A stretch of DNA of 50,201 nucleotides. Source: a virus. Taxonomy: Duplodnaviria; Caudoviricetes. Positions 31,498 through 41,032 of this stretch are shown piece by piece (the stretch's first letter is position 1; every line of letters starts with the position of its first letter). The notes beneath the pieces are model-generated. The model saw nothing but the letters and a program-made list of their open reading frames with translations. It was not told the DNA's origin and did not search any database. Both the position numbers and the translations under genes were made by a program. Where the stretch lies: the IMG/VR virus record IMGVR_UViG_3300025875_000618, positions 1 through 50,201 of that record. One strand, given 5' to 3'.

Positions 31498-34166
31498 CGG
31501 CGGACCTGCGCGGCCAGCTGCTGGACCCGGGACCGCGGGTCCCGCTTGATGGACGCGGCCACCCGCTGCAGCCGCTCCCGGCGGGCCTGCTGCTCCCGCT
31601 CCGCGCGCAGCTCCGTGCGGACCTCCGTGCGCAGCTCCGCCCGGACCTTCTCCGTGATGCGGCGGGTCAGCTCCTGCTGGGACAGCCCGGCCGGCCGGCG
31701 CCGGACCGGGGCCTCCGCGGGCCGCACGGACGGCGCGGCGGTGAGCGCGGTGCGCCCGGACTCGTCCGTGGCGAACCGGGGGGTGGGGAAGCCGGGGGCG
31801 TTGACGGACAGGACGCCGATCAGCTCCAGCTCACCGCCCACGCGCCGCCAGTCCCCGGAGACGGGGGAGCGCCGCAGGTCGTACAGCTGCTCCTCCGTCA
31901 CGCCCGGGGTGAGCGCGCCGGCCATCGCGATGCCGTACTCGTCCTCGTACAGGCGGACCACCGCGGTGCCCGCGCCCTGCACGTCGTAGTGCTCCACGGC
32001 GGAGCGGTAGGCCAGGCGCACGTCCGCGTGCCGGCCGCCCAGCGTCAGGTTGCCCACCGCCACCCGGGAGCCGTCCTCCGTGACCACCTCACCGGTGTGG
32101 AAGTAGGCGTACTTGCTGGGGGACTCCGGCGGGGTCACGCAGGTGTTGGAGAAGCCCACGTGGCAGGTGCCCCACACGGCCACGTGGCCGTAGACCCGGC
32201 CGTCGTCGGTGATCGTGCACGGCGTGGGCCCGGGGAGCTTGGGGTCCGCGAACCAGGCGGCCGGCGGGCGGAGCACCCCGGGGCCGGCCACCAGCGCCTC
32301 CGCGGCAGCGGCGGCAGCGGCGGCGACCACGGCGGTGGCCGCGTCCTCCTCCGTGCTGGCGGAGCTGGTGACGGTGCACGCGGACGGGGCCACCACCACC
32401 GGGTCACCGGCGGGCTGGCTGTCCGCGTCCAGCGGCTGCACCGTGACGGTCTCCGCGGTCTCGTCCACCGCGGTGACCTCACCGGACACGGTGCCGTCCG
32501 CACCCATGTCCACGTCCACGGTGTCCCCGACGACGATGGAGGTGCCGGCGGAGTCCTGCAGGGACAGGCTGGCCTCCCCGTCCGCGGGAGCGGCCACGGG
32601 GTCCAGGACGATGCGGGCCTTGGCGAACGCCGGCGTGGCCACCTGGGTGCAGGCGATCAGCTGGCCCTCCGCCACCTGCTCCAGCACCACGGGCTCCTCC
32701 CCGCGGTCCCAGGCGTCGAAGATGTCCTCCATCGTGACGGCGTTGCCGTCCTCGTCCACCATCTCTGCCACCACGCTGGCCAGGTCCACGGACACGGAGC
32801 CCAGGCCGGCCTCCACCAGCGCCAGCGCCTTGCCCACGGCGTCCTTGACCTCCGGGGCGTCCAGGTAGTCCCCGGAGGCCACGATGCCCTGGTCGGTGAA
32901 GTCCACCTCCAGGATGCGGCCCACCACGATGCTGCCGTCGTGGCCCATCGCGGAGGACTCCTGGTACAGGAGCGGCAGCGGCAGGTCCCGGGAGGTGAGG
33001 GACCCGACCTTGAAGATGCGGCCGTCCCCGGTGGCCTCCCCGAAGGGGGCCAGGAACGGGTCAGAGCGCCAGGTGCGCGGCATGGGCGTGCGTCCTTCGG
33101 GTGCGGCGGTGACGCCCGGCCCGGAGCCAGCAGCGGTGACAGTCTGCCCTGCAGCAGCAGGGGTGGCAGTGACGGACGCGGGGTCCGGCTCGTCGTAGGC
33201 GCGGACCACCGGGGGGTCCTGGTCCGCGCGGCGGTCGATCTCTCCCTGGACGTCCGCGGGGTCACGCAGCTGCCGGTGGGAGGTGTCCGGGGTCTCCTCG
33301 TCCGCCTCCAGGTCCAGCATGGTGCACCGGCAGTTGATGACCTCCCCGGCCGGGCCGGTGGGGTCCCCGGGGTGCATGAGCAGCGCGCTGCCCACGCGGA
33401 AGGGGCGGTCCATGCGGACCCGCTGGCCGTCCGCGCGGAAGTGGGAGTCCCGGGTGCGGGTGTCGATGGTGCAGAGCCACACCTTCTCCGTGGTGGCCCC
33501 GGTCAGCTCGTCCCGCGCCTGCCACGCGGCCAGGTGCCCGCCGTTGTACGCGCCGATGGTCTCCGTGCGGGCGATGGTCTGCGCCCGGTTCTCCCAGGTG
33601 GTCTCCCCCTGGGCGGCCAGCACCGTCTCCACCCGGTCCCTGATCTTGGGGATGGACTCCCCCAGGTCGATGCCGTCCTGGACCTCCGCGCGCACCACGG
33701 TGAAGGTGTCGTCCGGGACGCCGGACAGGCGATTGGCGACGGTGGCCAGGTACTCCTCCTGCCAGGGGCGAGCGGACAGCACCCGGTCCTCACCCAGGAG
33801 CGCGGCGAACACCTCACCCAGCAGGTCCTGCAGGGTCTGGACGATGGTGGAGCCCACGATGCGGTCCCACGCGGTGGACAGCGGGGGGATGACGCCGGGG
33901 TCCGGGGGCAGCCCGTCACCAGCGGCGGCGGTGACGGTGGACCGCAGCACGGCGGTGGCCACCAGCCCGGTCCACTGCTGCAGGGCGGAGCGGGCGGCGG
34001 CCAGCACCTGCGCCTCGTAGGCGTCCAGGCGGGCGGCGGCCTCCCGCCGGCGCTCCAGGTGCGGGTCTCCGGGCTCCGGCCAGTCCCCGCTCTCCGCGGG
34101 CGGGTCCTCCGTGGCGTAGGTGAGCAGGTGCGCGCCCACGGGGCCGCGGGTCCGGCCGCGGGTCAC
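31494..34166 (-). CDS. MuF-like minor head protein fused to capsid maturation protease
   Basis: MuF: RAQTIARTE, KVWL..D.RTR.SH, HPGDP...EVINCRC. Protease part: TGDGR...GHDG..VVG...VSVD...PAF, GHVAVWGTCH, SGDWR...VNAPGFP. Confidence 0.88.
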   Translation of the reverse strand: MTRGRTRGPVGAHLLTYATEDPPAESGDWPEPGDPHLERRREAAARLDAYEAQVLAAARSALQQWTGLVATAVLRSTVTAAAGDGLPPDPGVIPPLSTAWDRIVGSTIVQTLQDLLGEVFAALLGEDRVLSARPWQEEYLATVANRLSGVPDDTFTVVRAEVQDGIDLGESIPKIRDRVETVLAAQGETTWENRAQTIARTETIGAYNGGHLAAWQARDELTGATTEKVWLCTIDTRTRDSHFRADGQRVRMDRPFRVGSALLMHPGDPTGPAGEVINCRCTMLDLEADEETPDTSHRQLRDPADVQGEIDRRADQDPPVVRAYDEPDPASVTATPAAAGQTVTAAGSGPGVTAAPEGRTPMPRTWRSDPFLAPFGEATGDGRIFKVGSLTSRDLPLPLLYQESSAMGHDGSIVVGRILEVDFTDQGIVASGDYLDAPEVKDAVGKALALVEAGLGSVSVDLASVVAEMVDEDGNAVTMEDIFDAWDRGEEPVVLEQVAEGQLIACTQVATPAFAKARIVLDPVAAPADGEASLSLQDSAGTSIVVGDTVDVDMGADGTVSGEVTAVDETAETVTVQPLDADSQPAGDPVVVAPSACTVTSSASTEEDAATAVVAAAAAAAAEALVAGPGVLRPPAAWFADPKLPGPTPCTITDDGRVYGHVAVWGTCHVGFSNTCVTPPESPSKYAYFHTGEVVTEDGSRVAVGNLTLGGRHADVRLAYRSAVEHYDVQGAGTAVVRLYEDEYGIAMAGALTPGVTEEQLYDLRRSPVSGDWRRVGGELELIGVLSVNAPGFPTPRFATDESGRTALTAAPSVRPAEAPVRRRPAGLSQQELTRRITEKVRAELRTEVRTELRAEREQQARRERLQRVAASIKRDPRSRVQQLAAQVRR

Positions 34167-34531
34167 GCCGCGCTCCGGCGGGCGCGGGTCACCACGGCGG
34201 TGAGGTACCGGACGTCGTGGGCGGTGCCGGAGGTGAGGAGCCCGCCCACGTAGGACTCCAGCTCCCGGCGGAAGCGCACCGGGTCCAGCTGGACCATGCC
34301 GGCCAGGGACGGGTCGTCCATCCAGTCGAAGGCGCCGGCCAGCAGCCGGGGCAGCTGGCTGGCGTCCACCGGCACGTGCTGGTGGAGCTGCCGCAGGTCC
34401 CCGGTGTAGGTGCCGCGCACCGCCCGGGTCAGCAGCCGCTTGCCGGCCAGCTCCAGCGCGCGCTGGGTGAGCAGGTGCGCGCAGACGATCTCCTCTGAGA
34501 CCGCCTGCGGCTGCGGGGCGGGGGTGGTCAC
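34163..34531 (-). CDS. Portal-associated protein (resembles C-terminal extension of related portals)
   Basis: RALELAGKRL motif; GTGA-coupled to portal and MuF genes. Confidence 0.65.
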   Translation of the reverse strand: MTTPAPQPQAVSEEIVCAHLLTQRALELAGKRLLTRAVRGTYTGDLRQLHQHVPVDASQLPRLLAGAFDWMDDPSLAGMVQLDPVRFRRELESYVGGLLTSGTAHDVRYLTAVVTRARRSAA

Positions 34532-36054
34532 GCTGCCTCCTGCGCGGGTGCGCCGGAGCTGGCGCCCGGCTGGGTGGCGGGCGTCCCGCGGGTCTCGTCC
34601 GCGGACGCCCCGGGCTCTCCGGTGTCCGCGGCGGCGGGGGCTGCCCCGCCTATGGCGGCCGCGGAGGGCAGCGGCATGGTCTCCACCGTGCCGCCGGCCC
34701 ACAGGTGCATGAGGGAGGGCAGCAGCGCGGGGGCGGTGGCGGGGGCCAGCCGGACGGCGGCCTCCAGCAGGTGCGTGACCCGCTCCGCGTGGCTGGGGGC
34801 GTCGGAGTCCCCGAAGCCCATTGCGGTGCGCAGCGCGGCCGCGGACAGCTCCCCGGCGTTGTACAGGGTGGTGGCGTCCGCGGACCGGTCCGGGCGCTGG
34901 GTCAGCTCAGAGACGTCGTACCAGAGGGTGAAGGCGTAGGAGGCCAGGCCCAGGGCCTCCAGCGCCGGCTCGTAGTACGCCTCGTTGATCGCGGAGACCA
35001 CCGTGGTGAGCTTGGGGGCCACGTGCAGCTTGACCCCGGACTCCGCGATCTGCCAGGAGCCCCAGTGGTTGACGTCCCCCTTGCCCAGCAGCTCCTCCGG
35101 GGGCATGTCCAGGCCCAGGGCCAGGCGCCGGATGCACGCCTCCCGCGCGTCCTGGTTCTCCTTCTGCAGCTGGGAGGCGAAGGACAGGTGCTGGACCTTC
35201 TCCACCAGCTCACCGGGGACCCGCAGGACCATCGGGACCAGCCGGCTGGAGTCGCCCGGGTCCTCCAGCGGGGTGAGGGTGTTCTCCGCCAGGGACAGCA
35301 TGAGCGGGTCCGCGCCCGGGTTGGCGTCCAGCGCCTCCTGGGAGGGGGCGGGGAACTGCACCTCCATCGGCAGGATGAGCAGGCCGGCGCCGGCCAGCCG
35401 GGAGTCCATCTGCTGCCCGGCGACCTTGACCAGGGTCTGCAGCTCCCGGAGGACGGGGAGGACCGCGCGGACGGGGGAGTCCGCCTGCCACTTCTTCTTG
35501 GGGTGGGACTGCCAGACGCGGATGATGACGGTGCGCTCCGGGTCCAGCGGCCGCTTGCCGTTGCCCCGGTCGATCCACCAGCCGGACTGGTAGAACAGCT
35601 CGTCCGTGGACGCCACGTACCAGTCGTCGTCCGGGAGCGGGTCTCCTGCGGCGTCCAGCGGGGTCTCCCCGATGACGTAGCAGTCACCGGCGATGGTGAG
35701 GTGCACGCCGATCTGGGAGAGGATCTGGGACTGGCTGGACGGGCCGCCCAGGAGGTTGTGCGCGGCGGACAGCGCCGCGGCGTTCTCCGTGGGCGTGGCG
35801 GAGGGGGTGCCGTCCTCCTGGACGTCCGCGGCGTAGATGGAGGCGCGGGACAGGCTGTTGCCCATCCACTGCGCGGCCTGCCGCAGCTCCCCGCAGGAGT
35901 CGTAGAAGCCCCACGCCTCCTGCTGCCAGTCCTGCTGCAGGTTGGTGCGCGGCCGCTTGGTCAGGTCCAGCCGGGCGGCGGACGCGACCAGCGCGTTGGG
36001 GGCCAGGGAGCCCGGCTCCGGGTTGACGGCACGGCGGCCGCGGCGTCCAGCCAT
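34528..36054 (-). CDS. Phage portal protein
   Basis: WQQEAWGFYD..GEL, DSP, SRLAGAGLL, IRRLALGLDMPPEELLG...NHW motifs; position before MuF-protease; GAGG RBS. Confidence 0.85.
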   Translation of the reverse strand: MAGRRGRRAVNPEPGSLAPNALVASAARLDLTKRPRTNLQQDWQQEAWGFYDSCGELRQAAQWMGNSLSRASIYAADVQEDGTPSATPTENAAALSAAHNLLGGPSSQSQILSQIGVHLTIAGDCYVIGETPLDAAGDPLPDDDWYVASTDELFYQSGWWIDRGNGKRPLDPERTVIIRVWQSHPKKKWQADSPVRAVLPVLRELQTLVKVAGQQMDSRLAGAGLLILPMEVQFPAPSQEALDANPGADPLMLSLAENTLTPLEDPGDSSRLVPMVLRVPGELVEKVQHLSFASQLQKENQDAREACIRRLALGLDMPPEELLGKGDVNHWGSWQIAESGVKLHVAPKLTTVVSAINEAYYEPALEALGLASYAFTLWYDVSELTQRPDRSADATTLYNAGELSAAALRTAMGFGDSDAPSHAERVTHLLEAAVRLAPATAPALLPSLMHLWAGGTVETMPLPSAAAIGGAAPAAADTGEPGASADETRGTPATQPGASSGAPAQEAA

Positions 36055-36056
36055 GC

Positions 36057-36380
36057 TCAGTCCTCGTCCTCCAGGCCGGCCAGCAGTGCGGTGCCGTGGC
36101 TGTAGGCCAGGGCCAGGAGAGCGCCCAGGACCAGGGTGGGCAGCCACCAGGCCAGGCGGTAGGCGGGGACCAGCCAGACCACGGCGGCGGCCACCGGGAC
36201 GGACAGGTACATGGACACGCACCACCGGCAGTTGACCAGGTAGGCCACGGCGGAGGAGGGCCCCCAGCGGCGGGCCACGGCGCGCCGGAACGGCAGCATC
36301 ACGCGGTCCGCGGAGACCAGGCGGGTGAGGCGGGCAGTGGCCAGGAGACCGGCCAGGGTGGCGACGACGGCGGTGAGCAC
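36057..36380 (-). CDS. DUF1360-like membrane protein
   Basis: ARLTRLV..D...PFR...LVNCRWCVS; TM segments. Confidence 0.75.
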   Translation of the reverse strand: MLTAVVATLAGLLATARLTRLVSADRVMLPFRRAVARRWGPSSAVAYLVNCRWCVSMYLSVPVAAAVVWLVPAYRLAWWLPTLVLGALLALAYSHGTALLAGLEDED

Positions 36381-36472
36381 GGCGCGGACCGTAACCAGGC
36401 GTGTCCGCTTGACTACCGCCCGACGCGCCGTTACCCAACTACCGCCCCACGCACCACCTGGGAGCGCCTGCT

Positions 36473-36489
36473 GTGCACTGTGGCTGTAC
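36473..36489. promoter_or_regulatory. Palindromic box upstream of the portal operon
   Basis: GTGCACTGTGGCTGTAC matches GTVCA-N7-TGBAC. Confidence 0.5.
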
Positions 36490-36547
36490 GGTGAGCCGGC
36501 GGCGGGCAGCTCCCCCCGTGGCTGTCCGCCGCCCCACGCCGCGCCCA

Positions 36548-38020
36548 TCAGCCGGCCCGCGGGAGGAGCAGCTGGGTGTAGACGTCCGCCATGTACCCCA
36601 TGCCGCGGTCCGTGGGGTGGATGCCGTCACCGTGCAGCCCCAGCACGGAGGTGCTGTCCGTGGACGTGGGGTCCGGCATGTAGTCCCTCATGCTGAAGAA
36701 CAGGACGTCCTGGTCCGCGGCGGCGATGTCCTGGAGCACCTGGCCGTAGGCGGTCCACGCGGTGTCGTCCCGGCCGTAGGACAGCCACAGCAGCACCAGG
36801 ACGATGGAGCCGGTGAAGCCGCGGGCCCGCAGGGTGGCGATGATCGTGAGGTTGTCCGCCTTGAACTGGGCGGCGGTGCGGCCGCCCCCGAAGTCGTTGG
36901 TGCCCCAGACCAGCAGGGCGCCGGCGTAGCCGCCGGCCTGGCCGGTGGCCACCAGGCGGGCGCCGTCCGCCCACTCCGTCTCCGGCGCGAACTGGGACGC
37001 CCAGGACCCGGAGTGCGCCCCGTCCACCACCCGGATGCCGCGGGCCTCGTCTCCGTCGTAGGTGACCAGGCCCTCCGCGGTGACCACCTCACCGGTGGTG
37101 GAGGTGGCGTCCCGGGTGACCACCACGGTGTGCACGCCGCGGGCCAGGGCGGGGGAGGACCAGGACGCGGGGGAGGGCGTGGTGCCGGACTGGTAGGAGT
37201 CCACCAGGGTGGCCGCTCCGCCGTCGATGACGATGCGGACGATGCCGCCGCCGGTGCTGCGGGTGTAGATCAGCCGGCAGGAGGTGCCGGTGAAGGTGAA
37301 GGTGACGGAACCGGTGGCGTCCGGGAGGGACACCGCCCGCTTGCCCAGCCCGTACTGGTCGGCGGGGGTCCAGGTGCCGGCGCACACGGAGGGGCGCTGC
37401 GCGTACCAGTCCGCGCCCCAGTGGGCGGGTATGTACGGCCACTCCGCGCCGGTGTAGCCCAGGGCGGCCCGCAGGGACCGCTGCAGCAGGTTCTGCGCGC
37501 GGCGGGGGAGGACGGAGGCGCCCACGCCCTCCGTGATGGAGTCCCCCAGCATCAGCAGCTCCGCGGGCAGCGCCTCCCGGCCGCCCAGCCCGGCGTACCA
37601 GCGGCGCAGCTTCGTCAGGGTCTTGGAGCTCTTGGCCGCGTCCAGCGCGGTGAGCTGCGGCTGCACGGCGGCCTGCGCGGCGGCGCCGGCCTGGGCTGCG
37701 GCGCCGGCGGCGGCCTGCTCCGCGGCCGCGTTCGCTGCCGCGCCGGCCACGCTGGTGGCCACGCTGGTGGCGCGCTGGTTGACGGTCTGGGAGAGCCCGG
37801 ACTGGGGGTCCGCCAGCGCGGTGTTGACCGCGGACACCACGTCCGCGGGCGTGGTCACCAGGTCATCCGGTACCGGGTCCGCGGGCGGGGCGGGAATCTC
37901 GGAGAGGTAGCCCACGGCCAGCATGGACGCGATCAGGGGGGTGCGCTCCACCTGCTCCTCGGCCAGCCGCGGGCGGCCCAGCACGGGGACGTTCCAGCGC
38001 GCCCAGATCAGCTCAGCCAC
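36548..38020 (-). CDS. SGNH/GDSL hydrolase domain virion-type protein
   Basis: LGDSITEG (Ser), SG, WGTND (Asn), DGIHP (Asp/His), with an inserted beta-sandwich. Confidence 0.85.
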   Translation of the reverse strand: MAELIWARWNVPVLGRPRLAEEQVERTPLIASMLAVGYLSEIPAPPADPVPDDLVTTPADVVSAVNTALADPQSGLSQTVNQRATSVATSVAGAAANAAAEQAAAGAAAQAGAAAQAAVQPQLTALDAAKSSKTLTKLRRWYAGLGGREALPAELLMLGDSITEGVGASVLPRRAQNLLQRSLRAALGYTGAEWPYIPAHWGADWYAQRPSVCAGTWTPADQYGLGKRAVSLPDATGSVTFTFTGTSCRLIYTRSTGGGIVRIVIDGGAATLVDSYQSGTTPSPASWSSPALARGVHTVVVTRDATSTTGEVVTAEGLVTYDGDEARGIRVVDGAHSGSWASQFAPETEWADGARLVATGQAGGYAGALLVWGTNDFGGGRTAAQFKADNLTIIATLRARGFTGSIVLVLLWLSYGRDDTAWTAYGQVLQDIAAADQDVLFFSMRDYMPDPTSTDSTSVLGLHGDGIHPTDRGMGYMADVYTQLLLPRAG

Positions 38021-38119
38021 GGCGGGGGACTCCCAGGGGGTGGTCTCCGCCCGGCCCTCAGCGCAGCAGCGTCCCCGCCAGGCTACCGGCGGGGCGCTGC
38101 TGCTGCGGGGAGGCGCCGG

Positions 38120-39631
38120 TCAGCCGTTGGACGGGTGGAACTGGATGTTGATCTCCACGAAGCTGCCGGCGCTCATGGTGCCGCCCTGGAAGGTGACGGC
38201 GCCGGTGGTCTGGACGTCGAAGCGCAGCCCGGTGGAGGCGGCCTGGAAGGACAGGTGCGTGACGGTGGGGCGGAAGCCGGCGGGGAGGGTGAACAGGGTG
38301 ACGCCGAAGGCGGTGGTGGCCACGCACTTCATCAGGCCCTGCACGTAGATGCGGCCCTCCGCGGTCTTGCCGTACTTGACCCGCCCGAAGTTGGCGGGGT
38401 CCCAGTCCGTGTACTGGGCGGTGTTGGCCCAGGTGACCGCGGCGGGGGCCACGGCGGCGGACTGGGCGGAGGCGGGGAGCTGCGTGGTGGGCACCAGGCC
38501 GTTGGCGTCCAGTCCCGCGTAGCCGCCGGCCACGCCCTTGCCGGACGTCTGCTGCGCGCCGGTGATCCGGGAGTCGGCGCCGTCCGCGGCGGTGCCGGCG
38601 GTGGTGCCGATGACCAGGCTGGAGGTGCCGGCGCCCAGGGCGGTGCGGGCGGCTGCGGCGGTGGCGGCGGTGACCACGGACCGGCCGGTGGCCGTGGAGT
38701 CGGTCAGGTCCGCGGAGGACAGGGTGACCGCGCCGGTGCGGCCGGCCACGGTGGAGACCGGAGACGCCGGGTACGTCATCTGTCGCCAGGACGCCAGGGC
38801 GGTGGGGTCGTCCGCGATGAGCTGCCAGTCCGTGCCCAGGTCCGTGCGGGTGGCCCAGTCACCGCGCTGCCCGGTGAGCGCCAGCATGGCGGTCTGGGAG
38901 GCGACGGCGCCCAGGAACTCCGTGAGGGCCACGGCCGGGAGCTGCGCCTGGGGGATCTTGCCGGAGGAGTCCAGGGAGGCGTAGCCGCCGGCCGTGCCCT
39001 TGGCGGTGGTCTGCTGGGCGCCGGTGATCCGGGAGTCGTTGCCGGCGGCCACGGTGGAGGCGGCGGTGCCCACGGGGAGCTGCGCGTACGGGACCTTGGT
39101 GGTGGCGTCCAGGGAGGCCACACCGCTGGCCGCGCCCCGCTTGGAGTTGGACAGCAGGTTGGAGTACGCCCAGCCCTGGGTGGCCACGTCCGCGGCCGCG
39201 GACGGGTCAGCGGCGCGGAGCCGGCCGGCGGCGTCCCGGGTGGCCAGCGCGCCGGGGGTGGGGAGGCTGGTGGCCGCGGCCAGCAGGGCTGCCTCCGGGC
39301 TCAGCTCCGCGCGGGCCAGCGCCCGGGCCGCGGCCGCGGACGTGGGCTGGCCCAGGACCAGCGCCAGGCTGGCGTCGGTGAGCCCGCCCTGCGCGCGGAG
39401 GACCTGGGAGGCGTACGTGTCCGGGTCCGCCAGCAGGGCGGACAGGGCGTGGTCCACGTCCCCGGTGCTGTTCACCGTGTCCGGGGGCGGGACCACGGGG
39501 GCGGGGATGACGGTCCAGTACCCGACGTCGATCATGCGGGCGGCCACCCGCGCGGTGTCGTCCACCTGGAAGCGGGAGCCGTACGCGGCCAGGTCCGTGT
39601 TCGTGTTGGCCCGCACCCACACCAGCGTCAC
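38120..39631 (-). CDS. Tail-fibre / minor tail-like repeat protein
   Basis: Three (K/R)G.A.G(V/Y)A.LD....P..QLP repeats, two DSRITGAQQT, VSTVAGRTGAVTL, C-terminal LFTLPAGFRP domain. Confidence 0.75.
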   Translation of the reverse strand: MTLVWVRANTNTDLAAYGSRFQVDDTARVAARMIDVGYWTVIPAPVVPPPDTVNSTGDVDHALSALLADPDTYASQVLRAQGGLTDASLALVLGQPTSAAAARALARAELSPEAALLAAATSLPTPGALATRDAAGRLRAADPSAAADVATQGWAYSNLLSNSKRGAASGVASLDATTKVPYAQLPVGTAASTVAAGNDSRITGAQQTTAKGTAGGYASLDSSGKIPQAQLPAVALTEFLGAVASQTAMLALTGQRGDWATRTDLGTDWQLIADDPTALASWRQMTYPASPVSTVAGRTGAVTLSSADLTDSTATGRSVVTAATAAAARTALGAGTSSLVIGTTAGTAADGADSRITGAQQTSGKGVAGGYAGLDANGLVPTTQLPASAQSAAVAPAAVTWANTAQYTDWDPANFGRVKYGKTAEGRIYVQGLMKCVATTAFGVTLFTLPAGFRPTVTHLSFQAASTGLRFDVQTTGAVTFQGGTMSAGSFVEINIQFHPSNG

Positions 39632-39696
39632 GGGGGGCTCCTCTGCGTCAGGACGCCCGGCCCACAGCGCAGCAGCAGGCGCCAGGCTACCGGGGC

Positions 39697-39978
39697 TCAG
39701 GCGGTGGGGACGCGGAGCGCGCGGGCGGGGACGCGCAGTACGTCAGCGTCGTGCAGGTCCAGCCCGGGGGAGGCGGCCAGGCCCCACACGGGCCCGGGGT
39801 GGCCGGCGGGCCACAGCGCCACGGTGTCCACGGTGGCGGTGGTGTGGCTGGGCAGGGGCAGCTGCAGGTCCAGCAGGTTGGTGTGCCCGCCGCAGCCGTC
39901 GTCCTCCAGCAGCACGGTGAGCGGCGCGGGGGTGACGGAGCGGCCGTGGCCGTAGAGGCGGAGGCAGTAGGCGGGCAC
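39697..39978 (-). CDS. Hypothetical protein
   Basis: AGGAG RBS before GTG. Confidence 0.55.
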   Translation of the reverse strand: MPAYCLRLYGHGRSVTPAPLTVLLEDDGCGGHTNLLDLQLPLPSHTTATVDTVALWPAGHPGPVWGLAASPGLDLHDADVLRVPARALRVPTA

Positions 39979-40208
39979 GGGCGCTCCTGGCGCTGGAGTG
40001 CGCCCGGCCCGTGGCCAGCGGCGTGAGGGTGGGACCTGACCCGGCCGCCGGCGGGGGCATCTTCCCCATGCGGTCCCCGGGTGGCGTACCGGGCCAGGAG
40101 CCCGTCTGTGGTGCGCCGGGGCGGCGGGTGCCCGCCAGCCTCCCCCGTGTGGGGGCCCCACCTGGTGACCTCAGCCGGCCCCGGCGCGTGCACAGAGTAC
40201 GGGTGCGG

Positions 40209-40382
40209 TTACAGCCAGCCCGCGAGGATCGCCAGGGCGGTGAGGAACACCAGGGTGCAGAGGACCAGCACCGCGGTGGCCCAGAGGGGGCGGTCCGGCC
40301 AGGAGAAGGTCAGCCAGGTGGTGAGGCCCAGGCCCAGGTAGACCACGCCGGTGGCCAGGAGCCAGCCGGAGTCCCAGGTCAC
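40209..40382 (-). CDS. Small two-TM membrane protein
   Basis: 57 aa, two hydrophobic helices; GTGA-coupled. Confidence 0.6.
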   Translation of the reverse strand: MTWDSGWLLATGVVYLGLGLTTWLTFSWPDRPLWATAVLVLCTLVFLTALAILAGWL

Positions 40383-41032
40383 TTCCGCTCTGGCTCCGGG
40401 GCGGGCTGGAAGGCGCGGGCCCAGCGGTTGCGTGGGTGCACGGGAGCGCGGACCACCGGCGGCAGCAGGCAGGAGCTGCTGCCGGTGTCGTCCACGGGCT
40501 GGGCGAGGGCGGCGCGGAGCGCGTCCAGCAGGTGGTCCTGGCCGGCGGCCGGGGGGTGCACGGCGTCTGGGACGAGCAGCAGGCCGGCGTTGCCCCAGGC
40601 GGCGCGGCGGTCCTCCGCCAGCTGCTGCTGCAGCGCGGCGGACGGCACCTCCGGGTTGGTGCGGGCGTCCACCACGTGCGCCGGCGCGGTGTACCGCAGC
40701 TGCTCCGGCGGCACGTAGTTGCTGGGCTCCTCCGGGTGGGTGCTGGTGCACCACTGGACCAGGTTGCCGCCCAGGGCGTGGCCGTGCCGGGCGCCGGTGG
40801 TCCAGGCGGGGAGGAAGTCCGCCCGGACCGCCGGCGGGACCCGCTCCAGGGCGGCCGCCCACGTGCCCCAGGCCGGGGCGTCTGTGCAGGGCTGCACAGA
40901 CGTGGTGGGCTGCACGGCCGGCGGTGTCCGGTGCCGCTCCCACCGGCGGTACAGGCCCACCGCCAGCAGCACCACGCTGGACCCAGCGGCGGCGGCGCCC
41001 CCGCACAGGACGTCCAGCAGGCCGGTGTCCAC
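40379..41032 (-). CDS. Hypothetical protein with N-terminal TM
   Basis: TAGTG overlap; 217 aa. Confidence 0.65.
   Translation of the reverse strand: MDTGLLDVLCGGAAAAGSSVVLLAVGLYRRWERHRTPPAVQPTTSVQPCTDAPAWGTWAAALERVPPAVRADFLPAWTTGARHGHALGGNLVQWCTSTHPEEPSNYVPPEQLRYTAPAHVVDARTNPEVPSAALQQQLAEDRRAAWGNAGLLLVPDAVHPPAAGQDHLLDALRAALAQPVDDTGSSSCLLPPVVRAPVHPRNRWARAFQPAPEPERK

Noticed and set aside
36473-39955. 1160-aa + strand ORF, and similar ones at 31989-34253, 43625-45748 and 16454-18220
   Set aside because: Antisense to genes with clear motifs (SGNH, fibre, MuF, terminase, MTase); no recognisable motifs of their own.
40209-40382. Two-TM protein as a holin
   Set aside because: No adjacent endolysin, and several similar small membrane proteins occur in the window.
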